Positions 1 through 15,595 of a stretch of DNA of 64,000 nt are shown here, in pieces. The DNA is taken from the NCBI RefSeq assembly GCF_009914755.1, contig NC_060934.1; one strand, 5' to 3'. Every line of letters begins with the position of its first letter. Within the stretch, counting starts at the first letter, position 1. A program made the position numbers and the translations under genes. Below the pieces are notes generated by a model, which had not been told where the DNA came from, did not search any database, and saw only the letters and a list, made by a program, of their open reading frames with translations. This stretch comes from the human T2T-CHM13v2.0 reference genome, Homo sapiens.

Positions 1-299
1 GAGCACAGTGGCCCATGCCTGTAATCCTAGCACTTTGGGAGGCTGAGGCGGGTGGATCACCTGAGCCCAGGAGTTCAATACCAGTGTGGGCAAAATGGCC
101 AGACCCTGTCTCTCCAAAAAATACAAAAATTAGCCAGGCATAGTGGCATGTGCCTTTAGTCCCAGCTACTTGGGAGGCTGAGGTGGGAGGATCACTTGAG
201 CTCAGGGAGTTTGAGGCTGCAGTGATCCAAGATTGTGCCACTGCACTCCAGTCTGGGCAACAGAGGGAGACCCCGTCCCCCCCACCCCCCCCAAAAAAA
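1..299 (+). mobile_element. Alu (J-like)
   Basis: Dimeric Alu sequence with a C-rich tail. Confidence 0.85.
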
Positions 300-305
300 G
301 TTTTT

Positions 306-594
<289 letters not shown>

Positions 595-697
595 TTTTTT
601 TGTTTGGTTCCTTCTTGTTAGAATCAATTATATTGCCATTATGTTTACCTTGCACTTGACTAAGGGTTTAGTAAAGCTATGTAAGATAATTCATATT

Positions 698-1048
<351 letters not shown>

Positions 1049-1349
1049 CTAATGCATGTGGGCCCTACATCCTTCTCACTATGGTGCCCTCACACCCAAT
1101 TCAGGGCACCACATGGATCATTCCTGATCCATGGGCTGTCTAATGTAGTACGATGTGAGGGTACCAAGTCATTCTCCGTTTTGCGACAAAATGAACCATA
1201 GAAGGTTTTATTTTACCTCCTAGTAAACCATCTCATCCTGGGGTATGTGCCTCTGCCCCCCATCTTGTAGAACACATCTTCAGAGGGCACTATGCTGAGG
1301 AAATGGGAAAATTACCCTTATCATTATCCCAATAGAGTATTCCTTTTTA

Positions 1350-1519
1350 CTTTTTTTTTTTTTTTTTTTTTTAGAGTTGGGGTCTTGTTCTGTTGCCCAT
1401 GCTGGAGTTCAGTGGTGTGATCATGGCTCTCTGTAGCCTCAAACTCCTAGGCTCAAGCCGTCCTCCTGCCTTGCCTCCTAAAATGCCAGGATTACAGGCA
1501 TGAGTCAGTGCTCCCAGCC
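1350..1519 (-). mobile_element. Alu monomer (FRAM-like)
   Basis: Poly(T) followed by a single Alu arm. Confidence 0.75.
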
Positions 1520-2294
1520 TCTTTCCTTTAGCTTAGCTCTTAGGCTTTTTCCTATCATTTCTTACCACCTTTCCTTCCAGGCATTGTAGGTCATTAAAAG
1601 TGCCTTGGACTGGGAATCAGGAGATGTGGTCTTAGCTGTCTCTTTGCTTCCAACTTGCATACAACACCCTAGGGCCAGTTCCTTCACCTTTCCCACACCT
1701 CAATTTCCTAGAGTCCAGGGATGATGATCCCTTTCACATGATCCTGAAATGGCTGCGGCTGGCTCACGTGGACTCGTGTTTGAAAGTGTGGAAAAACTGG
1801 AAACCGCCAAAGGCCAAAGACTGGTTTCATGATAACTGTCTTTCCAGTCTCATCTCTGGGGACATATAGATTCCACATAGTATATACCATTTTCACAAAT
1901 TTCTTTACATTGCAGCAAATTATTTGATTGTGAAGTATTTGTTTTCTTTATATTAAGGCACTGAAGTAGGATGTACAGGTAGAGCTGTGTCGCTTGTTAG
2001 CTGGTGATACTTACAGATTCCTTCAGGTCTCTTTGCGCATGTAACTGTCACTTCCCCGAGTTTGCGTCTGTTTCAGGCTCTCTGCAACAAGCACTTTTTC
2101 ACTGTCAACAAAGTCCCGTGCCTGTGCCTGCTGCAGGATTGAGGCACGGGAGCCTCCAGGTGGTTCACCTTGCTCTGGGCTCCACCCAGTGTGCCCAAGC
2201 CCAATCTACACAACCATCCAGTCAACTCAGAGTAGGGAGAGACCACAACACCAGACAACTGGTTCTGTATAAATTACTAAGATTAAAAGTAAAT

Positions 2295-2604
2295 GGCTGG
2301 GCACGGTGGCTCATGCCTGTAATCCCAACACTTTGGGAGGCTGAGGCAGGTGAACTGCTTGAGTCCAGGAGTTTGAGACCAGCCTGGGCAACATGTTGAA
2401 ACACCGTCTCTACCAAAAAAGATAAAAAAACTAGCCTGGCGTGGTGGTGCATTCCTGCAGTCTCAGCTACTCAGGAGGCTGAGGTGGGAGGATCACTTCA
2501 GCCTGGGAGGCGGAGGTTGCAGTGAGTCGTGATTGCACCACTGCACTCTAGCCTGGGAGATAAAGTGAGAGTTCATCTCGGAAAAAAAAAAAAAAAAAAA
2601 AAAA
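2295..2604 (+). mobile_element. Alu (J/S)
   Basis: Full dimer, poly(A), TSD AAAAGTAAA. Confidence 0.88.
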
Positions 2605-2787
2605 GTAAAATACTGGTTATTTTTTGTGGGGCTGGAAACATTTAATTTTGTTTTCTGATTATGAAACATTCATCTTAGAAAACTGGAAAGATAAACAGAA
2701 AAAGAAAATAAAAACGAGCTGTAATCCCAATCTCATATTTTGGTGTCAATAGTCCTCATTCTCCCTTTATGTTAATTAGATCACACT

Positions 2788-3145
2788 CATATTAGTCTGT
2801 TCTCTCACTGCTGATAAAGACATACTCGAGACTGGGTAATTTGTAAAGAAAAAGGTTTAATGGACTCACAGTTCCATGTGGCTGGGAGGCTTCACAATCA
2901 TGGTGGAAGGCAAAAGGCACATCTTACATGGTGGCAGTCAAGAGAGAATGAGAGCCAAGCAAAAGGGGAAACCCCTTATCAAACCATCAACTCTCATGAG
3001 ACTTATTCACCACCAAGAGAACAGTATGGGGTAAACTGCCCCCATGATTCAATTATCTCCCACAGGGTCCCAGCCACAACACGTGGGAATTGTGGGAGCT
3101 CTAATTCAAGATGAGATTTGGGTGGAACACAGGCAAAACATATCA
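2788..3145 (-). mobile_element. THE1 (THE1B/C-like) MaLR solo LTR
   Basis: ~360 bp from TATTAGTCTGTTCTC to GAGATTTGGGTGGAACACAGGCAAAACATATCA, the reverse of the THE1 LTR. Confidence 0.88.
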
Positions 3146-3405
3146 CACCATTTATAATTTATTAAAATTTTTTTATTGTGGTAAAATAATATGAAATTTA
3201 TCATAACCTTTTCTTGTATTTTATTTCCATTTTTCTCATTTTTATTTTCCATAGTACATTTATGACACAGAAATGTCCTGCGTCCTCTCCTTGAATGTCT
3301 ATAAGATTGCATTTTCAATATCTCCTGCCTGTCATTTACTTATGCTAGCAATTGAAGTCTGATTCTTGCAATGAGTATTGTCCCATTAATATTAAATAAC
3401 TTTTT

Positions 3406-3699
<294 letters not shown>

Positions 3700-3711
3700 A
3701 TATTAAATAAC

Positions 3712-4423
3712 TTTTTAAAAAACTTTTAGTTTCAGGGATACATGTGCAGGTTTGTTACACAGGTAAACTTCTGTCATGAGGGTTGGGTGTACAGATTATT
3801 TCATCACCCAGGTACTAAGCTACCATAGTACCTGGTAGTTATCTTTTCTGATCTTCTCCTTCCTCTTACCCTCCTCCCTCAAGGAGGCTTCAGTGTCTGT
3901 TGTTCCCCTCTTTGTGTCCATGTGTTCTCATCATTTAGCTCCCACTTACACATGAGAACATGTGGTATTTGGTTTTCTGCTCCTGTGTTAGTTCACTAAG
4001 GATGATGGCCTCCAGCTCCATTCATGTTCCTGCAAAGGAAATAATCTCATTCTTTTTTATGGCTGCATAGTATTCCATGGTGTATATGAACCACATTTTC
4101 TTTATCCAGTCTACTGTTGATGAGCATTTAGGTTGATTCCATGTCTTTGTTATTATAAAGAGTGCTGCAATGAACAATCACATGCATGTGTCTTTAAGGC
4201 AGAACAATTTATATTCCTTTGGGTATATACCCAGTAATGGGATTGCTGGGTCAAATGATAGTTCTAAGTTCTTTGAGGAATTGCCACAGTGGCTGGACTA
4301 ACTTACACTGCCACTAGCAGTGTATAAGCATTCCCTTTTCTCTACAAGCTCCCCAGCATCTGTTATTTTTTTGACTTTTTAGTAATAGCCATTTTGACTG
4401 GTGTGAGATGGTATCTCACTGTG
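3712..4423 (-). mobile_element. L1PA (older, PA13-16-like) 3' end
   Basis: GATACATGTGCAGGTTTGTTAC..CAGATTATTTCATCACCCAGGTACTAAGC and the ORF2 C-terminal region through TGTGAGATGGTATCTCA. Confidence 0.85.
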
Positions 4424-5411
4424 CCATCTTACCCATTTTTAATTATGTACATTCATAATGTCATGCAACCACCACTGCCATCTGTCTCCGTTACTCTTTT
4501 CATCTTGTAAAACTGGAATGCTAAGAACATCTCATTCTAATTTCCACCCAGACCCATTTCTACCTTCTGTCTCTATAATATTGACTACTCTATCCCATAT
4601 AAGTGTAATTGTCTTTTATTGTGACTGGCATAAGTAACATTTTAAAAATGTATCATATACAGTGCATTTTTTTCTGTTATAAAATCTTCTTTTACAATGT
4701 GATTTTTAATGATGCATTAGGATATTCCATTGTGTGGATCCCAGTTGATTTAGTGATGCACTGTTGTGAATACTTTGGCCATACTCTGCCTGCCTAGCAG
4801 TGTACTAGAGTAACAGAGCTGGCCAGGGGTAGGAGTCAGAAGCTAGAGATACAGAGCAGGTGTTTAACCTGAGCATATGCCCCAGAAAAGAAACTTCGAT
4901 AAAATCTTCCCCCATGTTCTCACCTTCTCCTTGATGGCAGAGCTGGGCCATGTGTTCACCACTGCAGTGTGCATTCCATATGGCTCTGTCTCTACCCATA
5001 TCCATGGTTATTTCTTTTGGATGAATTCACAGAAATGGAAATACAGGATTAACATGTTTATAATATTCTAAAGTTTTTCACAACAAGTGTTGCACAACTG
5101 CCATTCAGAAAGTTTGAACCAAATGTAAAAGAATGCTTATTTCCTGGGTGTTGTTGCCAAAATTGGGTGTAATCTCTTTTTTAAAACATGGTTGTGTACT
5201 GGAATAATTTTAACTGTTTATGTTTACTGAATTAAATTGTGCTATGGATATCCAGCCAAAAAAAAGTTTCCAAGCCTCTTTTGGATGGTTGTAAAATTGT
5301 TTTAGTTTTTTGTTTCTGTTTAAGGCAATAGCCACAGCAATGAAAACTGAAAGCAGAAAGTACCAAAATAGCATATTAAAATCACAACTGAATACTAGAA
5401 TGTATCAATAA

Positions 5412-5890
<479 letters not shown>

Positions 5891-6550
5891 GAAACTCAAT
5901 AAATACTTTCTGATCACACTCTGCACCAGGTCCTATTCCAGGAGTTGAGGGCACAGCAGTGAACAGATCTAAGTGCCTGTCCTCTTGCTGGTGATGTTGT
6001 GGCTTTCATGACCAAGACGGCAATACCTACTTTTCTACTCCAGGGTCCTTGCATGACCAAGCAGCACATGTGTTTAATCTGATTTCCTTTGGAACCTGTT
6101 GGATTTAAACTTTGACTTATGCCAGGTTTGAGTTAGGACCAGGAAAATTCCAAGCTGGTTTCTGACCTTTGAATCTGGAAGTCTAAGCTACAACTGCATG
6201 AAGACTGCACTGTGACCACGTGGCATCTCTGAGCATGGAAGAGAGCACATTTCCTTGAGAGACATTTCATAAATCCTGGCCAGCTGTCACTGCTGTGGAG
6301 GAAGCAGCACTGCCCTCCTAAGTGTGTGCGCTCCCAGGGAAAGGGGACGTGGGGAATGGTGATGGTGAGTGAAGACTCACTTTGTCTTCAAATATCGCAG
6401 TCAATGGATAGGTGAGCACCGTTTGGAGGAAGCTATTGCTTAATTGGGGCAAAAACCCATCTAGAGAGACTTTCCCTTTGGAGGAGTGATCTACACAACC
6501 ATTGTTAGTAACACATACATGCAGGGCTAAGTGCTATCTTACATAGTTCC

Positions 6551-6830
6551 AGCCTGGCGCTGTGGCTCTTGCCTGTAATCCTAGCACTTGGGAGGCTGAG
6601 GTGGGAGGACTGCTTGAGGCCAGGAGTTCAAGACCAGCCTGGGCAACATAGGGAGACCTCATTTCTACAAAAAATTTCAAAATTGGCAGAGCGTGGTTGT
6701 GTGTGTCTATAGTCCCAGCTACTCAGGAGGCTAAGGTGGGAACATCACTTGAGCCCAGGAGTTCTAGGCTGCAGTGAGCCATGATTGTGCCACTGCACTC
6801 CAGCCAAGGTGACAGAGCAGACCCTATTTC

Positions 6831-6861
<31 letters not shown>
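6551..6861 (+). mobile_element. AluJ with (AAAT)n tail
   Basis: Alu dimer with tetranucleotide tail 6831-6861. Confidence 0.85.
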
Positions 6862-7576
6862 GATTAAATAGCTCCATGTTAAGCAGAAGGGCAAGAAAGC
6901 AGAGTTGTGACCACCAACTCTGTGCATGTGCAACTACCCACCTACCCATGTGCAACTGTGGGCCTTACAACTGAGAACTGAGTAGCGAATTTTAATTTAG
7001 TCCCCTATCTAGTCATGAAGTAGAAATATCAATATATACTCCTATATCTACTGAGGAGAGATGAAAATCAGTTTTGCTGGATCTGACATGGTTTTAATTA
7101 GGTTATATACAGAAAGGTAAATGATTCTCTTATTTTCGAGGTAGTTGAGTAGCTACTTTATGCTCCTGTATTGTAAACTAAAATGTGACAGAAGCCGGAT
7201 CACAAGGCAGTTTTCTTGCAGTTCTGACTATATGTTTCCCTTTGGTAATATTGAAAAGCAAGGGCTTTTTTTTGTTTCTATGGAAGGATCTGTTGGTCTA
7301 TTGGTCATTTAGCAACAGCAATGCGGTGATTCGAGTGGTAGAACAATAATGATGATTCAGTAAAAAAAAAATAGTAAAAGAAGAACAAATTAAACCAATG
7401 TAAACCAAATTAAACCAAAGTAAAACCAAGTAAAAGGAAGGAAATAATAAATACAAGACCCTCCCCTCCCCTCCCCTTCCCTTGAGACGTGGTCTCACTC
7501 TGTTACCCAGGTGACAGTTTAACTGATAATTAAATTTCCTTACTACATATAGGGCTACTCAGATTTTCTATAGTTT

Positions 7577-7780
7577 ATTTTTTTGAGACAGAGTCTCATA
7601 GTGTCACCTGGGCCGGAGTGCAGTGGCGGGATCACGGCTCACCGAAGCCTTGACTGCCTGGGCTCAAGTGATCCACCTGTCTCAGCCTCTCAAGTAGCTG
7701 AGACCAGAGGTGTGCGCCACCATGCCCCAGCTAATTTTTAAAATTATTTGTAGAGATGAGGTCTTGCTGTGTTGCCCAGA
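7577..7780 (-). mobile_element. Partial AluJ
   Basis: Reverse-complement right arm and linker. Confidence 0.75.
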
Positions 7781-7836
7781 ACTCTTGGGTTCAAGCAAGC
7801 CACCTCAACTGGCTAATACATATAGGAATTAAAAGA

Positions 7837-8010
7837 GGCTGAACACAGTGGCTCATGCCTGTAATCCCAACAATTTGAAACGCTGAGGCAGGAGGACTGC
7901 CTGAGACCAGGAGTTTGGGGCTGAGTGAGTTATGATCGCTACTGTATTCCAGCCTGGTCTGGGTGACAGAATGAGAACCTATCTCAAAACAAACAAACAA
8001 ACAAACAAAC
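7837..8010 (+). mobile_element. Alu monomer (FRAM-like) with (AAAC)n tail
   Basis: Single arm and tail. Confidence 0.7.
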
Positions 8011-8197
8011 AATAAGAGCAAGCAGGAAAAGAAAAAATTACCAACATTAGGAATGAAATAGATATCACCACAGATCTTGCAGACATTAAAACAAAAAAAG
8101 ATTATAATTATGTAAATAAATTCAATGGCATAGATAAAATGGACAAATTGGTTGAATGCCACAGATTAACCATAGTGATTCAAGAAACTAGAAAGAA

Positions 8198-8600
<403 letters not shown>

Positions 8601-9463
8601 TTATGAATTAAAACTTCCTGCAAAGAAACTTCAGACTGAGGTGGCTTCAGCAGTAAATTCTATCAAATATTTAAGGAAAAATAATAACAAACACACACAA
8701 ACTCATTCTAAAAACAAAGAAAGATGACTTCTCTAGTCATTGTCTGAGCCCAGACAATGACATTGAAAGGAATACCTCACTGAATACAGTATACCTCACT
8801 GAATACAGATGCAAACATCCTTAGTTAAATTTTTGGCAAACTGAATTCAGCAATATATAACAAGGATAATGCATCATGACTAAGTGGGGTTTATCCCAAG
8901 AATGCAAGCTTGTTTTAACACTAAAAAAATCAACATACCTACCATATTAACAGAACAAAGGAGAAAAACCATATATGATTCTCTTATTAGATGCAGAAAA
9001 ATAACAAAATTCGCCATCCATTCACAATTTTAAAACTCTTAGCAAACTGGAAATAGAAGGGACCTTCTTCATCCTGGTAGAGTACACAAGCTCTGAAAAA
9101 CCTTCAGCTAACATTGTCTGTTAATGATGAACAACTGAATGCTTTCTCCTCAGATTGAAAATAAGGCAAGGATGTCCAGTCTCAGGATTTCTATTAAACA
9201 TTACACTGGAAGTCCTAGCCAGTACAATAGGCAAGAAAAAGGCAAAGAAAACCATACAGATTGAAAAGAAGAAATAAAACTGTCTATCTGCAGATGACAT
9301 GATTGTGTATGTAGAAACATTTAAGGAATCTTTATGAAAGGCAAATCAAAATAGTAAGTGACTTTAGCATAGGTTAATGCAAAAAAATATTTTCTGCATA
9401 CTAGCAATAACCACCTGGAAATTTAAATAAAATATTTACTATAGTATCAAAAACAATACCTCT

Positions 9464-9736
9464 GGCTGGGCACGGTGGCTCATGCCTGTAATTCCAGCAC
9501 TTTGAGAGGCTGAGAAGGGAAGATCACTTGAGTCCAGCCCGGGCAACACAGCAAGACCAAAAAAAAAAAAATTAGCTGGGTGTGGTGGTGCACACTGTCA
9601 TCCCAGCTACTTGGGAGGCTGAGACAGGAGGACTGCTTGAGCTCAGGAGGTCAAGGCTGTAGTGAGCTATGATTATACCACTGCACTCCAGTCTGGGTGA
9701 CAGAGTGAGGCTTTGTCTAAAAAAAAAAAAAAAAAA
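9464..9736 (+). mobile_element. AluJ followed by (CA)n
   Basis: Alu dimer inside the L1M relic. Confidence 0.82.
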
Positions 9737-9994
9737 TACACACACACACACACAAACACCATTTACTATAGTATCAAAAACATGGACTAGTTAGGGATAA
9801 ATTTAACATAATACATGCAAGGCACCTATACAATTAAAACTATAAAAACATTGCTGAATGTTATGCTGAAAATTAAAGACGCAAATAAATGGAGATATAC
9901 TATGTCTATGAACTACAAGACTAAATATGATGATGACCATTTTTCCCAAATTGTTCCACAGATACAATGTAATCTTAACTGAAATCCCAGCAGG

Positions 9995-10395
<401 letters not shown>

Positions 10396-10677
10396 TCAAA
10401 CTATCAAATTTCAAGACTGACTATAAAGCTACATTATTATTAAAGGATCAACATTTGGATCAATGGAACAAAATAAATGAACCCGCATGTCTATGGGCAA
10501 GTAATTTTTGACAAAGTGGCCACAGTAAGTCAATAGGGGAAAGACAGTCTTTTCAACAAATGGTACCGGAAAAACTGGATATCCATATGGGAAAAAATGA
10601 ACATTGATTATTAACTTACTCATACACAAAATTCACCTCAAATTGGATCATGTACCTAAGCTTAAAAGGTAAAACTT

Positions 10678-10972
10678 GGATGGGTGCGGTGGCTCACGCC
10701 TGTAATCCCAGCACTATGGGAGAACGAAGCGGGTGGATCACCAGGTCAGGAGATCAAGACCATACTGGCCAACATGGTGAAACCCTGTCTCTACTAAAAA
10801 TACAAAAATTAGCTGGGCATCGCAGTGCTTGCCTCCTGTAGTCCCAGCTACTTGGGAAGCTGAGGCAGAATTGCTGGAACCTGGGAGGCAGAGGCTGCGG
10901 TGAGCTGAGATCACGTCACTACACTCCAGCCTGGGTGACAGAGCAAGACTCTGTCTCAAAAAAAAAAAAAAA
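10678..10972 (+). mobile_element. AluSc-like
   Basis: Alu dimer, TSD AAAAGGTAAAA. Confidence 0.85.
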
Positions 10973-11535
10973 GGTAAAATTAAAATTTCTAAAATAAAAC
11001 AGGAGAACATTTACATGATCTGAAGGGAGTCAAAGAGTTCTTAGATAATTGAATACACACACACAAAAAAACAAAAAAAGACAAGAGCTATAAAAGAAGA
11101 TAGCAAAAAATTAGACTTTTACAAAGTTAAAGACTTCTGCTCTTCAAAAGACAATGCTAACAAAATGAAGACAAGTCACAGACTGGGAGAAAATAGTCAC
11201 ACAACACATATCTACATACCTGCCAAAGGTATTGTATCTGGAATATATGAAGACTTTTTAGCAACCCAACTAAATTGGAAAAGACACTGAATAGGCACTT
11301 TACAAAGATATATTAGTATCCAACATGCACACAAAAATATGTCAACATCATTAGCCATCAGGGAAATGCAAAGTAAAACCACAGTGAGATACCACTACGT
11401 ATCCATTAGGATGGTGAAAATTAAAAAGACTGATAATAGCAAGTATTGGTGAGAATGTAGGGCAACTACAACTCTCATAACTTTACCGGTAGGATGTAAG
11501 ATGGTACCAGGACTTTGGAAAACAGTTTGGCCATT

Positions 11536-11833
11536 TTTTATTTTTTTTGAGATGGAGTCTCGCTCTGTCGCTCAGGCTGGAGTACAGTGGTGTGAGCTTG
11601 GCTCAGTCTCACCTCCACCTCCCAGGTTCAAGCGATTCTCCTGCCTTAGCCTCCCAAGTAGCGGGATTACAGGTGTGTGCCACCATGCGTGGCAAATTTT
11701 TTTTGTATTTTTAGTAGACACAGGGTTTCGTCATGTTGGCCAGGCTGGTCTCGAACTCCTGACCTCAGGTGATCTGCCCGCCTCGGCCTCCCAAATTGCT
11801 AAGATTACAGGCATGAGCCACCGCACTCGGCTG
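11536..11833 (-). mobile_element. AluSx-like
   Basis: Reverse-complement dimer. Confidence 0.87.
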
Positions 11834-12340
11834 CCATTTCTTTTAAAATTAAACATACACTTAGCATACAACCCAGTAGTCTTACTCCTAGATATTTACC
11901 CAAGAGAAAACATGTCCACACAAAAACTTGTACATAGATGTTCATAATGGCTTTATTCATAATAGACAAAACTGGACAAAGCCTAAATGTCCATCAACAT
12001 TTGTGGTATATAAACAAATTGTGGTATATACATACACTGGAAAAATACTCAGTGATAAACAGAAATGAACCACTCATTCATGCAACATAGACAAGTCTAA
12101 AAACATTATGCTGAGGAAAAGAAACCTTACACACAAGAGTCTATACATTTTATAAGATCACATTTTTATGAGACTCTAGAAAAGACAAATCTGATCCACA
12201 GTGACAGAAAACAGATCAGGGCTTGCCTGGGACCAGGGACGAGTACCAGGGAATTTTGGGGTGATGGAAATGTTCTAGATCTTGATTGTGGTGATGGTGG
12301 TTACATGCGTATATTACTTTCTCAAAACTCATCAAACTGT

Positions 12341-12636
12341 GGCCTGGCGTGGTGGCTCCCACCTGTAATCCCAGCATGTCCGGAGGCCAGGGAAGGCAGA
12401 TCACCTGAGGTCAGGAGTTTGAGACCAGCCTGGCCAACATGGTGAAACCCTGTCTCTACTAAAAATACAAAAATTAGCAGGGCATGGTGGGCACGTGCCT
12501 GTAGTCCTCGCTACTCAGGAGGCTGATATAGGAGAATCGCTTGAACCTAGGAGGCAGAGGTTGCAATGAGCTGAGATCACACCACTGCACTCCAGCCTGG
12601 GCTACAGTGAGACTTTGCCTCAAAAAAAAAAAAAAA
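12341..12636 (+). mobile_element. AluSx-like
   Basis: Dimer with poly(A). Confidence 0.87.
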
Positions 12637-13722
12637 TTCCAAAGGTCTAAACTTCAAAGATAATAAATACTAAATATATTTGGTGTACAAAGGGAATGTG
12701 AAAAAGAATACACCTCAAACCCAGGAAACGAGGCTCAATTCCTTTAAGAAGCCTCCACTTAGACAGACGACCCTGGCACTCATAGCTCAAAGCCTTGTCC
12801 TCAGAAAGGCAATGAGAGCTTTACAGTACCTGCTTTGTAAAACCAGATTTAGCCCTATTACTGCCCACTCTGAAGCCAAGTCTCTTACTCCTCTGCCAAT
12901 GCCTTCCTTACATCATCCACTGGAGAAAATTACTGCAGCTGAGCTCTGTAAATTAAATGGCATGAATGAGCAATGCTAATCTGAATACCTATAACATTTT
13001 TGGAATTACTAAGCATATGAGCTTATTTGGATTTGTAATGAAACCCTGTAAACAAAGTATTTGTACAAACCCTTTGAATTCAGTAAATCAACACAACAAA
13101 ATTACACCGACAAATACGTAGGTATCTACTGTGGTCTCAAGGAGCTGAAGATCTCATTGAAAAGAGTTTGTAAGCACGGAATTGCCAAATAAACAAGACA
13201 CCCAGTAATTCCTCTAAGAGCTGAGATGGGGGAAGCATCACTTTAGGCTTTAGTAGTCTAGAGAGGCCTGATGAGAAACTCATACTTATGCAGAACCAAA
13301 ATCCAAAAGACCAATAAGGAATTTTTTTTAATTATAGAGTGCTGCTTTTGTGCATACTTTTTTTTCTATAAAGTTGAAATGGGTCTGAAGAATAAAAGAA
13401 ACATTAGCCTATATTTAACAGTCATAAAGGATAAATTAGCCTATATTTATCCTTCATAAAGGATATTTTGTGATGATTCTAATTCTCTGAATAATAGTTA
13501 TTTGTGCACACTTATATATAGGCAGCCTTCTGAAGGCTATAATGAGAACACCCATCATCCCCTCAGTCCCACTCATGGAACCACTAGAAGAGATTGAAAT
13601 TTTAAGTGTCAACATACTATAAAAATATAGAGAATTAGCTAGCTGTATAAACAACATAAATTAACTGCAGACATTTTATTTGGAGATATGAAGTTAAGGA
13701 CATTTTTGGCAATCCCAGTTAA

Positions 13723-14373
<651 letters not shown>

Positions 14374-14400
14374 CCCCTTTCATTTTTTAAAATCAACTTT

Positions 14401-14697
<297 letters not shown>

Positions 14698-15221
14698 CTT
14701 TACTGAGATACAGTTTACATAAAATAAAATGCGCCCATTTTACAGTTTAATGAGTTTTTTGTTTTTTTTTTGAGACAGAGTCTCACTCTGTCATCCAGGT
14801 GGAGTGCAGTGGCACAGTGGAGTGCCTGGCCTGGAAAATATTTTTCAATGGAGAAGACTATGGTTTGCATTTTGGAGACATTACCTTTTACAGTGTTTTA
14901 ATAATGAAAAGGCACAGGAAAATGCACATACAGTTACTCAAAGTACAGCCTTGGGGAGAGGAATGAGAAAGGAGAGGCAATGAAACGGCAGGGCGCTCAA
15001 AAGGATGGAACCGAAGTGACTAGACAGAAAGCATCTTGGCTTAAGTGGCAGCATAGCTAATATAATTTTACAGTAAGTTAAATAAAATAGAAGCTAACAC
15101 GTTCAGTGCCCAAAGGCAAGAAATTGTACCAGTTGATGCCTTTTAGTCTAAGAGCTAGGATTCTGTACAGATTGCTGAGTTTCCAGGCTGCACTTTTCCT
15201 GGATCAGAACCATTGCTTCTA

Positions 15222-15595
<374 letters not shown>

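Noticed and set aside
4395-4423. Both L1PA copies (3712-4423 and 33144-33912) truncate within ~20 nt of the same L1 position
   Set aside because: Different subfamilies; short 5' truncations are very common, so two cases are compatible with coincidence.
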